Source: Lama guanicoe
Lineage: Eukaryota
Length of the DNA: 64,000 nucleotides
Reading direction: 5' to 3'
Assembly (NCBI GenBank): GCA_013239625.1
Contig: MU053934.1
Location: 10,187,352-10,251,351 of the forward strand
The notes under the pieces were generated by a model. That model was not told the origin of the DNA. It saw only the letters and a program-made list of their open reading frames with translations, and searched no databases. Made by a program: the position numbers and the translations under genes. Below, piece by piece: positions 37,627 through 49,013 of the stretch (the first letter of the stretch is position 1; each line of letters begins with the position of its first letter).

Positions 37627-39449
37627 GGTCACAGTCCTTCCCGCGCTGGTCAGCTGCCGGCGCTGGGAGAAGGAGGAGGGGCACGCGCTGTTTCACGAAG
37701 TGGACCCTCTGTACTTCGGGCCACGGGTCCCTGTGTCTGTGCTCCCAGCCCCGCCTGCAGTCACACCCTGTCACTGCGCCGCGGACAGTGCAGACCGAGC
37801 ACATGCCCGCAGCTCTCCGCACGGTCAGCCCCCTGCCCTCTGCCAGGCCCGGGCCCCCATGCAGAGACCCGCGGTTTCAGTCTGTGGTGAAGTCCTCCAG
37901 GGTTCTGGGGGCCGGACAGGTGGGGAGGGCAGGGGCTGCTGTAGGCACCAGGCCATCCAGCGGCTTCTCGAGGCCCCACTCTGCCCCGGCCGCCCTCCCC
38001 CACCAGGTCCGCGGTGCCGTGGACCTGGGGTGCGGGGCTGCTTCCTGCTGTGTGCAGCGCTGGTGCAGGCTGGAGCCGCCCTGCCGTCGAGGGAGACTTT
38101 GTCCATCTTTCTGTTCTCACTTCTGTCTTTCTGCCTGTTTCGGGCACCATGTTTGCCCTCTTCTGTCAATTTGCGAGGTGCCAGGAAGGAGGGAGGTATG
38201 TGCGTGGTGCTCAGATGCCTCTCGAACGGCCTCTGAAGCCCCCTGGTCTGGGAGGGGGGCCCCAGTCCCCGGGCACCAGGGGTCTCCATGGGGCGTGGCC
38301 TTCGAATGCTTCCGCACCCAGCAATTACAGGTGCCCTCTGGGTGCTGGGGTGCCCCCTGCCCGCGGAGCTCCGCCTGGTCCCGCGCTTGGCCCCAGTGGG
38401 CACTCTGCACCTCGTCGCCCTTCCTGGCGGCTGGTGAGGTCGGAGCTGGCAGCATCTGCCCTTGACAGACGGGAGTGGAGGCCCCGGGGCTTTCCACTGG
38501 AGTCACACAGGCCCCGGTGAGTTGAGATGCCTGTGGACACTGGCAGTGAGGGCGTGGCGGCCGGGGTGGAGGCGGTCGGGGAGGGCTTCGCGGAAGACGG
38601 CACCAGCTCTGAGCCTTGGTGGCCGTTCGCTGTGTTGAGTGGGGGCTGGTGGGAAATGGTGAAGCAGCGATGAGCCTGTGGGTGCTGGACTGTGTGGGGG
38701 TGAAGGGGGTGCCGGGAGGGCGTGTGGGGGACAGGCCCGAGGAGGGCTTGGAACAGGTGGGCGCTGGCCGGTGTCTCCTCCCACCTCTGCGTCCCCGGAC
38801 TCGCGTCCACGTGGCCTCAGGAGCAGAATTTATGCTGCAGAATCGGCAAGTGCTGGGAATCAAGGCCTCTTCCCAGAGGATCTGTCGTTCAGCGCTGACC
38901 AGCGCAGCGCTGTGCGAGAAGGAGGGCCGGGGCGGACCTGGGCAGCTTCGGGAGGCATTTCAGCTTCTCGGGGAGCTGTCGGGAGGGTTAAGTACCAGCG
39001 GGCGTGGCCAGAGTGGTGTCGGGAACGCGGAGCAGGAACCAGGTGGGCTGACCCTTTGTGCTCCCTCCCCTCATCCAGACCATGCCGTGGTTTTCAAGCG
39101 TGTACCTTAAGTTGCGTCCTGTTCGTTCTGAAAGTGCACCTTAGATTATACAGGTAGGGCCACCTGTGCCGTTCTGTTTTCTTCCTGATAAGAGCGTGGG
39201 CCAGAACGAGTAATTCCCTGCCCAGAGCTATACGTACGTCCCTCCACGCACGTGTGTGGTTTGATTTCATCCCCTTTCCTACACGATGGTTCTACTCAGA
39301 GACACAATAACGTGCCTTCTCTCCCTCAGAACACGTCCGTTCTCTCAGCTGTGTTCCAGTCTTCGGTAGTAGGTGACGAGGAAAGTGTCAGTTATAGAAC
39401 TCGCTTTGGAAAGTGCTTCAGTGCTTTTCCATAGACACGCGAGGCCCAC

Positions 39450-39640
39450 CCCCCCATCCTCTGTCCCTTCCCTCACTGAGCAACCTCCTCCCTCCTCTCC
39501 TGTCTCCTGTGATCCATTCGCTCACCCACCCGCCAACCATCCCTCCCTCCCTTCCTCCGTCCATCTACCCATCCGCCCACCCCTCCATCCATCTCTCCCT
39601 CCCTCTCTCCACCCCTCCCTCCATCCATCCCTTCATCCCA
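39450..39640. repeat. C-rich (CCAT/CCCT)n low-complexity tract
   Basis: Directly visible. Confidence 0.85.
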
Positions 39641-39900
39641 CTTTCATGGAAAACTCCTGATACCTTGCCCTTTGGGTCCAGGACATGGAAAGGAATCAGG
39701 ATTTCTTATCCTTATGAGCCCATAGTTCAAAGCGAGAGTTAGCCATTCAAGCCACCAAGGCCACTAAGGGTCCCAGGTGCTCTCTATAAATTGAGGCAGG
39801 AGTGGCTGGGGGGGCCCTGAGGTGGGGGGTGTCAGCTCCAGGGTGGGGAGAGGTCACAAAGGCTTCCAAAGGGCAGCGGAGTCTTGAGCGTGGGGAGGCG
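39640..39900 (-). mobile_element. Decayed L2 3' end following a CCAT/CCCT-rich tail
   Basis: Position directly after (CCAT)n-like tract and weak similarity to the antisense L2 end. Confidence 0.3.
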
Positions 39901-40003
39901 TGGGCCGGCAGGGCCATGGGAGTCACACTGAGACAGATCCTTGTTGGTGGCGCATTCTCAGTCTTGATGCGCGCCCGGAGAGAGGGCGTGCTCTGGGAAA
40001 GCT

Positions 40004-40102
40004 GCGTGCCCCCACTTCGGGGAAGGCCGTGTGCCCCAACTTCCGGGAAGGCCGTGCGCCCCCCACTTCCAAAGAGGCCGCACGCCCCACTTCCGGGCGG
40101 CC
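40004..40102. repeat. ~25-bp minisatellite x4 (GYGYGCCCCcACTTCCGGGAAGGCC-like)
   Basis: Units start at 40004, 40029, 40054 and 40080. Confidence 0.9.
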
Positions 40103-43100
40103 TTGGGTAGGGTCAGACTTCCTTTCGGCTAACACCGGGTCTGAGGTTTGATGGCGTCCCGTCCACACTGTGGCCTTGAGAGCTCCTCTCCCCGTCAGCA
40201 CCATCACTGTGTCCCCACCTAGAACCTTCCACAGGTGTTAGTGGGATGGAGCCAAGAACCGGGCCCCCTCTAGCCCCCACCCACCAGATCTGGCTCCTAA
40301 CCCGCCTCCCGTCTCCTCTGGGCCTCCCCGATCTGCCTGTGTCCACAGCCAGGGCAGCCCCTATGGGGCTTCTGGAGCAGTCAGTACCCGCGCCTGGGCT
40401 CCCAGAAAGGCTGCTCTGTCTCCTCCGTCTGTCCCCCCAGGCCCCGTGCGGCAGCCTCGTGTGGAAACGGCCCTGGCTCGGAGGTGTTTGTTGAGAGGCC
40501 CATGAAGACATCTGTGAAGTGGGGATGATTTAATGCCGCGTTGCTGCGATTCTGTGTAGCGCCAGAAGAACTCGTATTTTAGATTATGTTACTGTCAAAA
40601 AAATAGACCTTAATATGTCCCTAGGGATGGAGAGATGGTGTGTGGTGGTGTCAGATAAACACGGTTTCTTTACGTCCTGCTGGGAGGCTCATTTCCATCC
40701 CACGCTGTTGTCTGTGCTGGGGTCCCGAGAGTGTTGGGGCGTCGCTGTCCCCAAGGCCAGGCGGCCTGCTGTGACCTCTTCCGGGGGCTGTGCCACCACA
40801 GCTTTACAAGCGGGTGGTGCCTCCAGGGTCTGAGCCACCTCCCTCACCCTCCCCTGGGGAGCCCGTGAGAGATCAGCCACCACGCGGCCTGGCCTGGGTG
40901 TCACGTCAGCCTGGGAGGAGTGATTTTTGGAGAAGTGCAGTGTGGCCCCTGCCCTGATGTGTGTCTGGATCTCAGCTCTCAGGGTCCTTTAATGCTGGCA
41001 GAAGTCCTCTGCTGAAACACGAGTCCAAAATGGATGCCCCACCGCACGCCCGGAGTTAGCGTCAGGCCCCCACACGGAGGGCTCTGTTCTCCGGGGGGTT
41101 CCAGCCACGCCCCGTGGCCCCCAGTGCCGCATGTCTGACCGAGCAGCGATGAAGGCCGCAGTCCCCGGGCCCCGCTGCAGTCACTTGCCTGAGTGGCTTG
41201 CAGAGCTTGGGAAAGCATGTCACAGGAGGTGCGGCTCAGGAGGGCCAGCCAGGGGAGACAGGCGTAGGACGAGGTTGGGGAGGGTCCTGGGACTCGGAGC
41301 TCCTTCGGCGCCCGCGTCAGGGCCTGTCGCCCTCCCATGTGTCCGCGCGCTCACCCTCTGGGAAGCTCGCTGAGCCCGGGCGTCTGGAGTCGTCGCGCGG
41401 GCACGACTGACTGCGTCGTGGGCCCCGGCGCCTCTTCCCTGACGTCCGACAGCTGGGACCCCACCCGGCACCGGGAAGGTGCGTCCCGCCGTGGGCTGCA
41501 GGGTGGGCCTCGTGCTCCCGTCTCTGGTCCTGCACACCCACGGCCCCCAGCCTGGCCTCCTGCCCCCGTGTGTCCAGGTCCTTACGTCTTTAGTCCCTTC
41601 TGCCCTGTCCCTTCGCTCCCTGCGCTGTGCTGCTGAGAAGAGTCCGCGGGGAGCCTGAGCTGCACCTGTCGGCCTGAAGCTGCGTCTGCTTACAGCTTGG
41701 ATCATGGAGACAGCTGACGGCAGGCTCCCTGGCCGTTTGGTGGAGGCCCCGTTTGCCTGGTCAGAGCTTCCACTGTGGTTTTATTTCTGGGTGAGGCTCA
41801 GTTGCCGTCTCCTCTGCATTCTTGGTCTGGACCCAGTCACATGCCCACTGCTGGCATTCCCCTGTGTCAGGAACTTTCATGAGAGGGTTCTGTGCGGGAG
41901 CTGCGGCCCGCCCTGTTTTCCAGGGGGGCACCTGGAGGCCCTGAGAGCCTAGAGAACCTTCCAGAAGCTGACCTGGTTTTGGACCTCAGTTCTCCTAACC
42001 CTGAAACTCGAGGTCTTTCCACGACTCACCAGTCTGGCCGGGCTCTCTGCTGAGGGAGAGGGCAGTCCAGCAGCCCAGACTCAGGCCTCCTCACTGCCCC
42101 GATGTGGGGCTGGCAGGACTGCTGGCCTGCGAGGATTTGCTGGGGAGTGTCCTCTGCTTGGAGAGTGGAACCATGGGGCCTGGATTCTGCTCTGTGTCCT
42201 TCACTCCCCCTGCCGCCCGGTCCCCTTCCAGCTCGGGCCTCTGTCCCCCGGTGCACCTCCCTGGGCAGCCGCGGAAGGTCTGTCTGCAGCGGGGTCCCGG
42301 GCTGCTGCTCCCCGGAGCTGTGGGCCGGGCCTGGTGCGTGTCGCTCTCTGCCTTGGCCTCTTTCTCCGGCCCCCTCGGCACGGCCGTGGGCCCTGGGTCC
42401 TCGCGGGGTGTGGCTCAGCCCTGCCTCTGGGGCCTGGCGCCTCTGTGTAGCTGTTTACTCTCACCGTAAAGCAAGCCCTGCACACAAGGCGGGTGAGCCC
42501 AGGGCGAGGGCCTCCTTGGACGCAGAGGGGCCCGTGTTCAGTGACAGCGGGCTCGTGTTTTTGTTCTTCTTCTCTTGTGAACAGGTTAGGGAATTGAAAT
42601 CTTACCCCTTCAAAGCCTATTCTGGCCTCGCCCAGTGGAAGCCTGATGCAGTCACGTCTGTGCTTGGCGTTGTGGACGGGCTTTGGGCGGGTCTCTTTGT
42701 GGGAGCAACTGCGTTCACTCTTTGGGCAAATTAATCTAAGTAGCGCTGGCCGCGCCTGAACAGCACGTGTTTCTCTGCCGTGTCGAGGGGGTACAGGTTT
42801 TTTCCTTTTAGCGTAAATCCTGGGACACAGTGTGTGTGTGTTGTTTATTTTTATTTTCAACTGAGGAGACAGGATGCTGCAGCAGGAGCGCCCGTCTGCA
42901 GGCCCGCGGCTTCGGGTGCTGGCGCCGCGTCCAACGTGCTGGGGGACAGCCGCCTGCTGCGACTTCGCAGCAGTCCCCGCCCTGGCCTGCCGCGGAAGGG
43001 TCTGATGAAAAGCATCTATCTCTTCAGCCTGAAAGATGACAATAATTACATCTGCCTGCTCGTTCGCTCTGTGTACACTCTGACTTCCAGTGGAATGGAA

Positions 43101-45720
43101 ATTTCAAATTCAGAATTATTGCTAACCAAATTACCTTTATCAGTGATGGAGCATCTGCTCACAATTACTTACAAAACAGGAAAAATGAATCTTTTCAGCA
43201 TAAACATTTGCACCCTGATGTATATAAATTGAAAGTAGTGCCTAGAGTTTAGTAGTCCATTTCTCACCATGCTCACGTCAGAGGCGGCACGTTAGAAGGT
43301 GGTGGGAGAGCGGTGGCTGGCCCGCTCCGTCACTCTCCATCACTGCTTCCAGAGAAGGCCCAGCCTCAGAACAAAGGCCGGTCCGCGTGGACGAGGCCTG
43401 CCCCCGTTGTTCTGGGGTGGCTGCTCCTGTTGGCCAGAACCCAGCTGACGTGGCCTGGCCGGGGGGTGAGCTGCCTGGCGGGCGCTCCCCTAAGGCGCCT
43501 CCCCACTGGGTGGGCACGAGGTGGCCTCCGTAGCCCCGCTCAGGAGCCCGGGCCCGTGGCAGGGTGAAGAGAAGCCCAGAAGCTCTGGATACTCGGAGTC
43601 GGTAATCCTGGTGAAAGAGACAACTTTGAGGCTCAAGGCTGCATTTTCTTTCTGTCTCTCCTGCGAGTGGCCAGGCTCCTGGAGGACAGGACAGTGGCCG
43701 TGTCTCCTCTGGGGCTTCACTGTCACGGGCGGTGGGGTACGCGGAGGCCCTGATTAGCTTCCCTGAAAGAGCTGATGAGTGAGGAGCCTCCCTGTGGAGG
43801 AGGGGTCTGCCCCCGTCTGCAGAGGGCACGGCTGTGCCCAGGCAGCTGGTGCCCGGGGATGCCGGGCGGGTCTGTGGGGTCCCTTCAGGACAAGGAGGGA
43901 GATGGTCGGGGGTCCCATCTGAGGCTCACGTGCACACTGGCCGAGCCACCTCGCTGGCCTCGTGCGGGCGCAGGTGAGGGTGCTGCAGGCGGGAGCTGCC
44001 GGAGGGCTGTCGGCCACTGGATCTGGCTGGGTGGTCTCCTCTGCCCGAGCCTGAGACGGGGTGGGGGGCCCCTCAGGTGGAAAGGGTTAATTTTTATCTG
44101 GTTAGGTTCCTTCAGTGACAGACGTTCCAGAAATATGTGTTTAATTTCCCAAACCTGTGGCTTGCTGTTTTCTGGCAGGACAGTGCCACGTGCCCCCCAG
44201 GCGCTTGTCCGGGTTGTTTGTCTTCCCCGCTTGAGACTGGCGCCCTTCTGTAGCTGAGGAAGCCCACGGCGCTGCGGGCACGGGGCCCGGCCGGGAGACT
44301 CGCTCCCCCCCCATCCACGGACGTGCCGGGCACTCACCGCTTGCCGGGCCCGGACGAGGCCGCCACCCCAAGGGCATCGTGTCCGGGGAGCACCCTGGGA
44401 GGTCTGGGTCCTGCCGGCCCCTCAGCTGGCGAGCCTCCGCCTTGCTGTGCAGGATGAGGGTCGTGAACAAACGCTCAGGGCTCCGGAACCCATGAAAAGT
44501 CACTTGAATCCACGGGGTACGCTTGGAGTCGGCACTGCCTTCCCGAATGTTAAAACCTGGTGAAGGTCTCAGGGCAGGGTCCTCCGGCTCCCCCCGCCCC
44601 CTCCCTCTCGCTTAGTGGTTCCGTAAGTAAGTTCCTGCGCCGTTGTAAGTAATCAGGAACAGGCATAAAGACAAATCCGTGAACAGCAGAGCTACAGCTT
44701 CTCTCTTACACTGGTTTGGTGCCATTTCTAGAACTTCCTTTGGGAGACCTCTTTTCAGGGTTGCTTCTCAGGGCAGACCGATGGGGGAGGTAAGACCCAG
44801 AGAGAAGGGCCGTGTGAGTCAGGACGTGGAAGAAGGGGTGTGTGCAAAAGCAGGGCAGTTAGCAGTCCTGGGGGCCCCGGTTCAAGAAGTCAGTGTGGGA
44901 GCGCCCTGGTTCCCAGCCTGGAGGATCGGCCACGCCTGCTTGTTGTTACGGCAGCACCCATGCTCACCGGGCCCTTCGAGCACACTTGGTGGGCAGCATG
45001 CTGGGAAAAGGCGCTAGTCCCTTTTCTTTTGCCCCCTGGAGGGGCCCTTTCAGGACCCCACACTGCAGAGCGCCCAAGATCTGCAGCCTTTCCAGCGGTT
45101 GTTGTCACCCTGCAGGGAGGCTGGGTGGGGGACGCTGGGGACTCGGCTGTGGAGATGCAGCTTGTGCAGTGCCATGAGGAAGAAGGACCCTGTGGCTGGT
45201 GGGAGATCGCACAGCGGGCCTGGTTCCTCTCGGGGCCCCAAACCAGGGGTCCGGGGGTGTGCCTGCCTGCCCCCTCACTGGCCAGGATGGGAGCACATGG
45301 GGCATTTGCCTGGCACGAGACTGAAGGTGTCTTGGAAGCCAGGAGCTTGTCCCCTCTCTTGGAACACCACCCGTGGGACCAGACAGATGCAGGTCAGCCT
45401 GGGCTCTGCCTCGGGTCCCAGGGTGTCCCCTGGCCTCTCAGACCAACGTGCCCATGTGTGAGGCAGGAGGGGGCTGCTCACCTTGCTGGTGGGGGGCATG
45501 GGGCGTCCCACACGGGGCACACGCTCAATGCACGGAGCTGTCGTGATCCCGGATACTGCTTCCGCCGCCGCCCGTGGCGGAACGAGAGGAAGAGCCTTGT
45601 GCTGGAAAGCACTCATTACTTCCTTGCTCCTCGGGAGGCGGTGCTGGGGTGGGTGGAGGGGCTTCTGAGGCGGGCACGGGGCCTCGGGGAAGGGATGCGG
45701 GGCTGCTGGTGGACCTAGAC

Positions 45721-45727
45721 TCCTGAC
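45721..45727 (+). promoter_or_regulatory. Probable branch point TCCTGAC for the 45757 exon
   Basis: yUnAy match (CTGAC) about 30 nt upstream of the acceptor. Confidence 0.55.
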
Positions 45728-45756
45728 AGCCTTGGGGCCTGTGTTGTCTCCCGCAG

Positions 45757-45884
45757 AGCAAGTCCACCGGCACCTGGACCAGCACGAGGTCAGGTACCTG
45801 CAGTTTGCCTTCCGCTGGATGAACAACCTGCTGATGAGGGAGCTGCCCCTGAGCTGCACCGTCCGCCTGTGGGACACCTACCAG
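45757..45884 (+). CDS. TBC1D22A: TBC1D22A internal coding exon (128 nt, phase 1 to 0)
   Basis: Acceptor tgtctcccgcAG and donor CAG|GTGAGC. Reads (E)QVHRHLDQHEVRYLQFAFRWMNNLLMRELPLSCTVRLWDTYQ, with the TBC-domain FRWM..LL.RE and RLWD motifs. Contained in ORF 45732..46010. Confidence 0.97.
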
Positions 45885-48829
45885 GTGAGCACCCACCCCT
45901 CCCGCGAGGGTGCGGCCAGGAGCCGGGCCGGGTCCTCCCCGACAAGGGCGGCCCCGTCCCTGCGACTCGCCTTGGCCACGCCCTGCTCCAGGTCTGTGTG
46001 CTGCACTTGACTTCGCCTTCGGAGCATCCTCTCCGTGGAAATGCGGCCTTGAAGTCCGTTTCTGGTGTTGTTGTCGTTTGATTAGGCATGAGGTCGAGCA
46101 GGAACTTTATGTAGTTTTGTTTGTATCTGAATTTCATTCCACCGTGCAGTGACAGCGTCCCCAGGGCTTGCTGGCAGTTTGCATTTCCTCTGGTCCCCGG
46201 GGTGGGTCGGCGTGGCGAGGAGGCTGGTAACTCCGGCCTGAGCCTGGGTTGCGGCTGCCGGAAACATTCACACTCAGGACTCGCATGCTGTCTGTTTTGA
46301 GTTATTCATAATAAAGATTTTTTGAAGATCACTGACAGAATCAGTGCAATATGAAATTTTCTCCTCTCCACCGATTTTGGTGGAATTGATTTCTTCAGGA
46401 GATTGAGTTTTCTGCAACAAATCACCTTTGTTCCCTCGAGTGTCCTGTTGCTCATCCTGGCACCTTCTCATCTGGTTGGAGACACTCCCTGCCGCTGAGC
46501 CGCGCTGCGGGTCTGCTCGCCAGCCTCCCCTCCTCATGTGCAGAGTAGCCACAGCTGTGTGAACTTGGAGTGGGATCCCCATGGTGGCTGGGTTCCATCC
46601 TGAACTCCGGGAAGCAGAGTTGTTCCTGCCCTGAGCGTCAGCCCTTCGTAGGCCTTGGACGGGCAGCTGGCTTCGGAGGCTGGGAGTGGGAGCTGCAGGC
46701 AGCGGGCTTTTTGTGGGGCAGCAGGAGTCCAGACGCTGGCTTGGGCTCCCGCGTGTGGCCGTCCATGCGGGGGGTGGTGGGAGGCCGGGCTCAGGGGCAG
46801 GCTGGACGGGCCCTGTCGAGGGCGCCCTTGGTCTGGATGGAGTGTTCTTCCCGCAGGATGGGGATCTCCGGCTGCTGCCCTGCCGGGCCCCACGCTCGCC
46901 GACCTCGCACCCTGAGCTCACCTCTCCCAGGTCGTCTGGAACAGTAACCCGAAGCCTTGTTCCTGGTGGGCCGTGTGCCCTGCGCGGGGCCGCGGGCGCT
47001 GGGCGGCTCTCGGCGCTGTGCTTCGCCTTTGCTGTCCTCTGCCGCGGCCTGTGTGTTCTAATGGTGTTCACGACCGAAATTATGACTGGTCAGTAGATTG
47101 CACCCAAGTCCCCCACTTTGGTTTGGCTTTCTAGATACTTGGCAGCTACAGAACTGCTGGCTGCTAACATTTCCTGGGACATAAAGCCTTTTTCGGGGGG
47201 CTGTTTGGTTCAAGCGGCCGTCAGCAGGTGTTATCAGTCAGGACCCTGTAACATCCCAGGAAACAAAACTTAATATCCCGTAAACTGCAAACGCTCTGCA
47301 CTCATGATGGGTTAGGCCAAGGTCCTGGGTCCCCTCATTAAACACAGACTTCCGTGTAATACTGTCTCCATTACGAATAAATTAGGTATTAAGTCAGTCG
47401 CCTTTTGAGGAGCCAGAAAATGGATCTGCACCACTTCGCTAAAACTCCTAATAGGTATTAAAACTTTAAGCACAATTGTGGCATCTTTATTGAGTTAATT
47501 TTCCTGAAATTAAATTTTGTCATGAATTGACTCATTTGTACCACGGGCTCATTGTTGAACTGACAGCTCCCTGCTCGTGAACCTTTTCATATCTTAAAAA
47601 TGGGGGGTTTTTCTATTTTACAGGCCCAAGTAACCATGAAATTGTATTGCATCTTTCGGCAATGAAAGTACCTGGTAATCATAGGCCCGCGATCGGGTGA
47701 TTCTCTCCCCTAAGCTGGGTGTTTATTAGCTGGGCCATTACAGGTTTCGCTGACTCTTTAACCCCTTAGAAAGTAGCTTAAAACTCTGGGATGGATGCCA
47801 CCCGCCCTGGCCCAGGCTGGGAACTAGGCACCACACAGAACTGAGCGTGGGGTGTTCGTCACAAGCGTGAAAGATGGCGGTTAGAAAGCACAGACCGCCC
47901 AGAAGCAGCCCAGACAGTGGGGAGACGCTCCCTGCTCCCCGGCCGCCCCGTGTGCTCCGCACGAGCAGGGCTCCGCGCGCCGGCTGCCGTGGTCCAGCTC
48001 CCAGGAGCCTCGGCCGTGGGAGGGAGCCGGTGGTGAGGCCTCATCCAGCAGGCCGCCAGGCTGGCCTCAGGCTCCCCTTCCCTGGGCTGTTGTAAGAATG
48101 CATCCCGCCTCCCACGGCTGGACCCACGTGTGGATTTTGATGACCTCGAATGCTCGGCGTGTTTCCCGTGCTGTCGGTCTGCAGCCGTGGCGTTGGGGCC
48201 GTTGGGGCGGCTCCTGTCCCAGTCGTCTCCTCCCGCCCCTCGCTGCTTCTCCTCGGGGCCCCTCCCCCACGGCCCCGCTCTGTCTGGAGGAGGCACAGGC
48301 TTCGGGTTGACAGGAGAGGTCACAGGGGTGTTTCTGGGCCACAGCCACTGCCTCCTGTGTGGTGTGGACAGAGAAGTGTAGCTGGACTTTATCTGGCTCC
48401 GCAGAGGCCGCTGGGTGCCGTTGTGGGCTGGCGTGGGCTCCGGCGGGACCCGCAGCCTCCCGGGGGCTCCCTCAGAGTCTCCGTGTCCTCACTGGGCCCC
48501 GTGGAGGTGCTGGCTGCAGCCACGCCCTCTGGCTTCTCCCCAGTGGGGCAGGGGGCACACTGGATGGGAGGGAGGTCAGAGGCCCTTGGCCTCCGGCCGC
48601 GCAGGGTTCCTGCCTGTGAGCGGCCGTCTGCCTGGGGGCAGGCAAAAGCTCAGCCCCTCTGCCTTCTAGGCGTGCGGCCCTTCTCGTGGGGCCCCCCTGG
48701 GCCAGGCGGCTCCTCCAGCCGCTCCCAGGGCCACACCGCTGCTCGTGGCTGCGCCTGGCCGGAGACTGGACACCAGTCACGTACGTCCCTGGGAGGGGCC
48801 TCTGAGGGCAGGTCTGAGCGTCATGCCCT

Positions 48830-49013
48830 GTGAGAAGAGTCTGTCCTTGCAGGCCTCACGTGGAGAGAGAGAGAGATGTCTGGTTCTCTTCAACCTCCTT
48901 TAGGGACACCAGCCTTGCTGCGTTAGGGCCTCTCCTTTGTCACCTCCTTAAAGGGCCCGTTGGGGCTTTGGGCTTCAGCCTATGAATTTGGGGGGACGTA
49001 GTTTAGCTGATAC
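48830..49013 (-). mobile_element. MLT1A/B-like LTR fragment
   Basis: 'cctcacgtggagagagagagagatgtctgg', 'agggacaccagcc', 'gggcttcagcctatgaatttggggggac'. Confidence 0.7.

Larger units (their letters stand above)
26944..45756 (+). other. TBC1D22A: TBC1D22A intron (GT-AG, 18,813 nt, phase 1)
   Basis: Defined by the flanking exon boundaries; split codon G|AG = Glu (RID-E-QVH). Confidence 0.93.

Noticed and set aside
40004-40102. Short repeat arrays considered as CRISPR-like
   Set aside because: Head-to-tail units without unique spacers, eukaryotic context and no cas genes.
9117-45884. Assignment to TBC1D22B or to a pseudogene
   Set aside because: Residues TYWC, QMKVKML and HRHLDQHEVRY match 22A as recalled; splice sites and frame are intact and introns are present.
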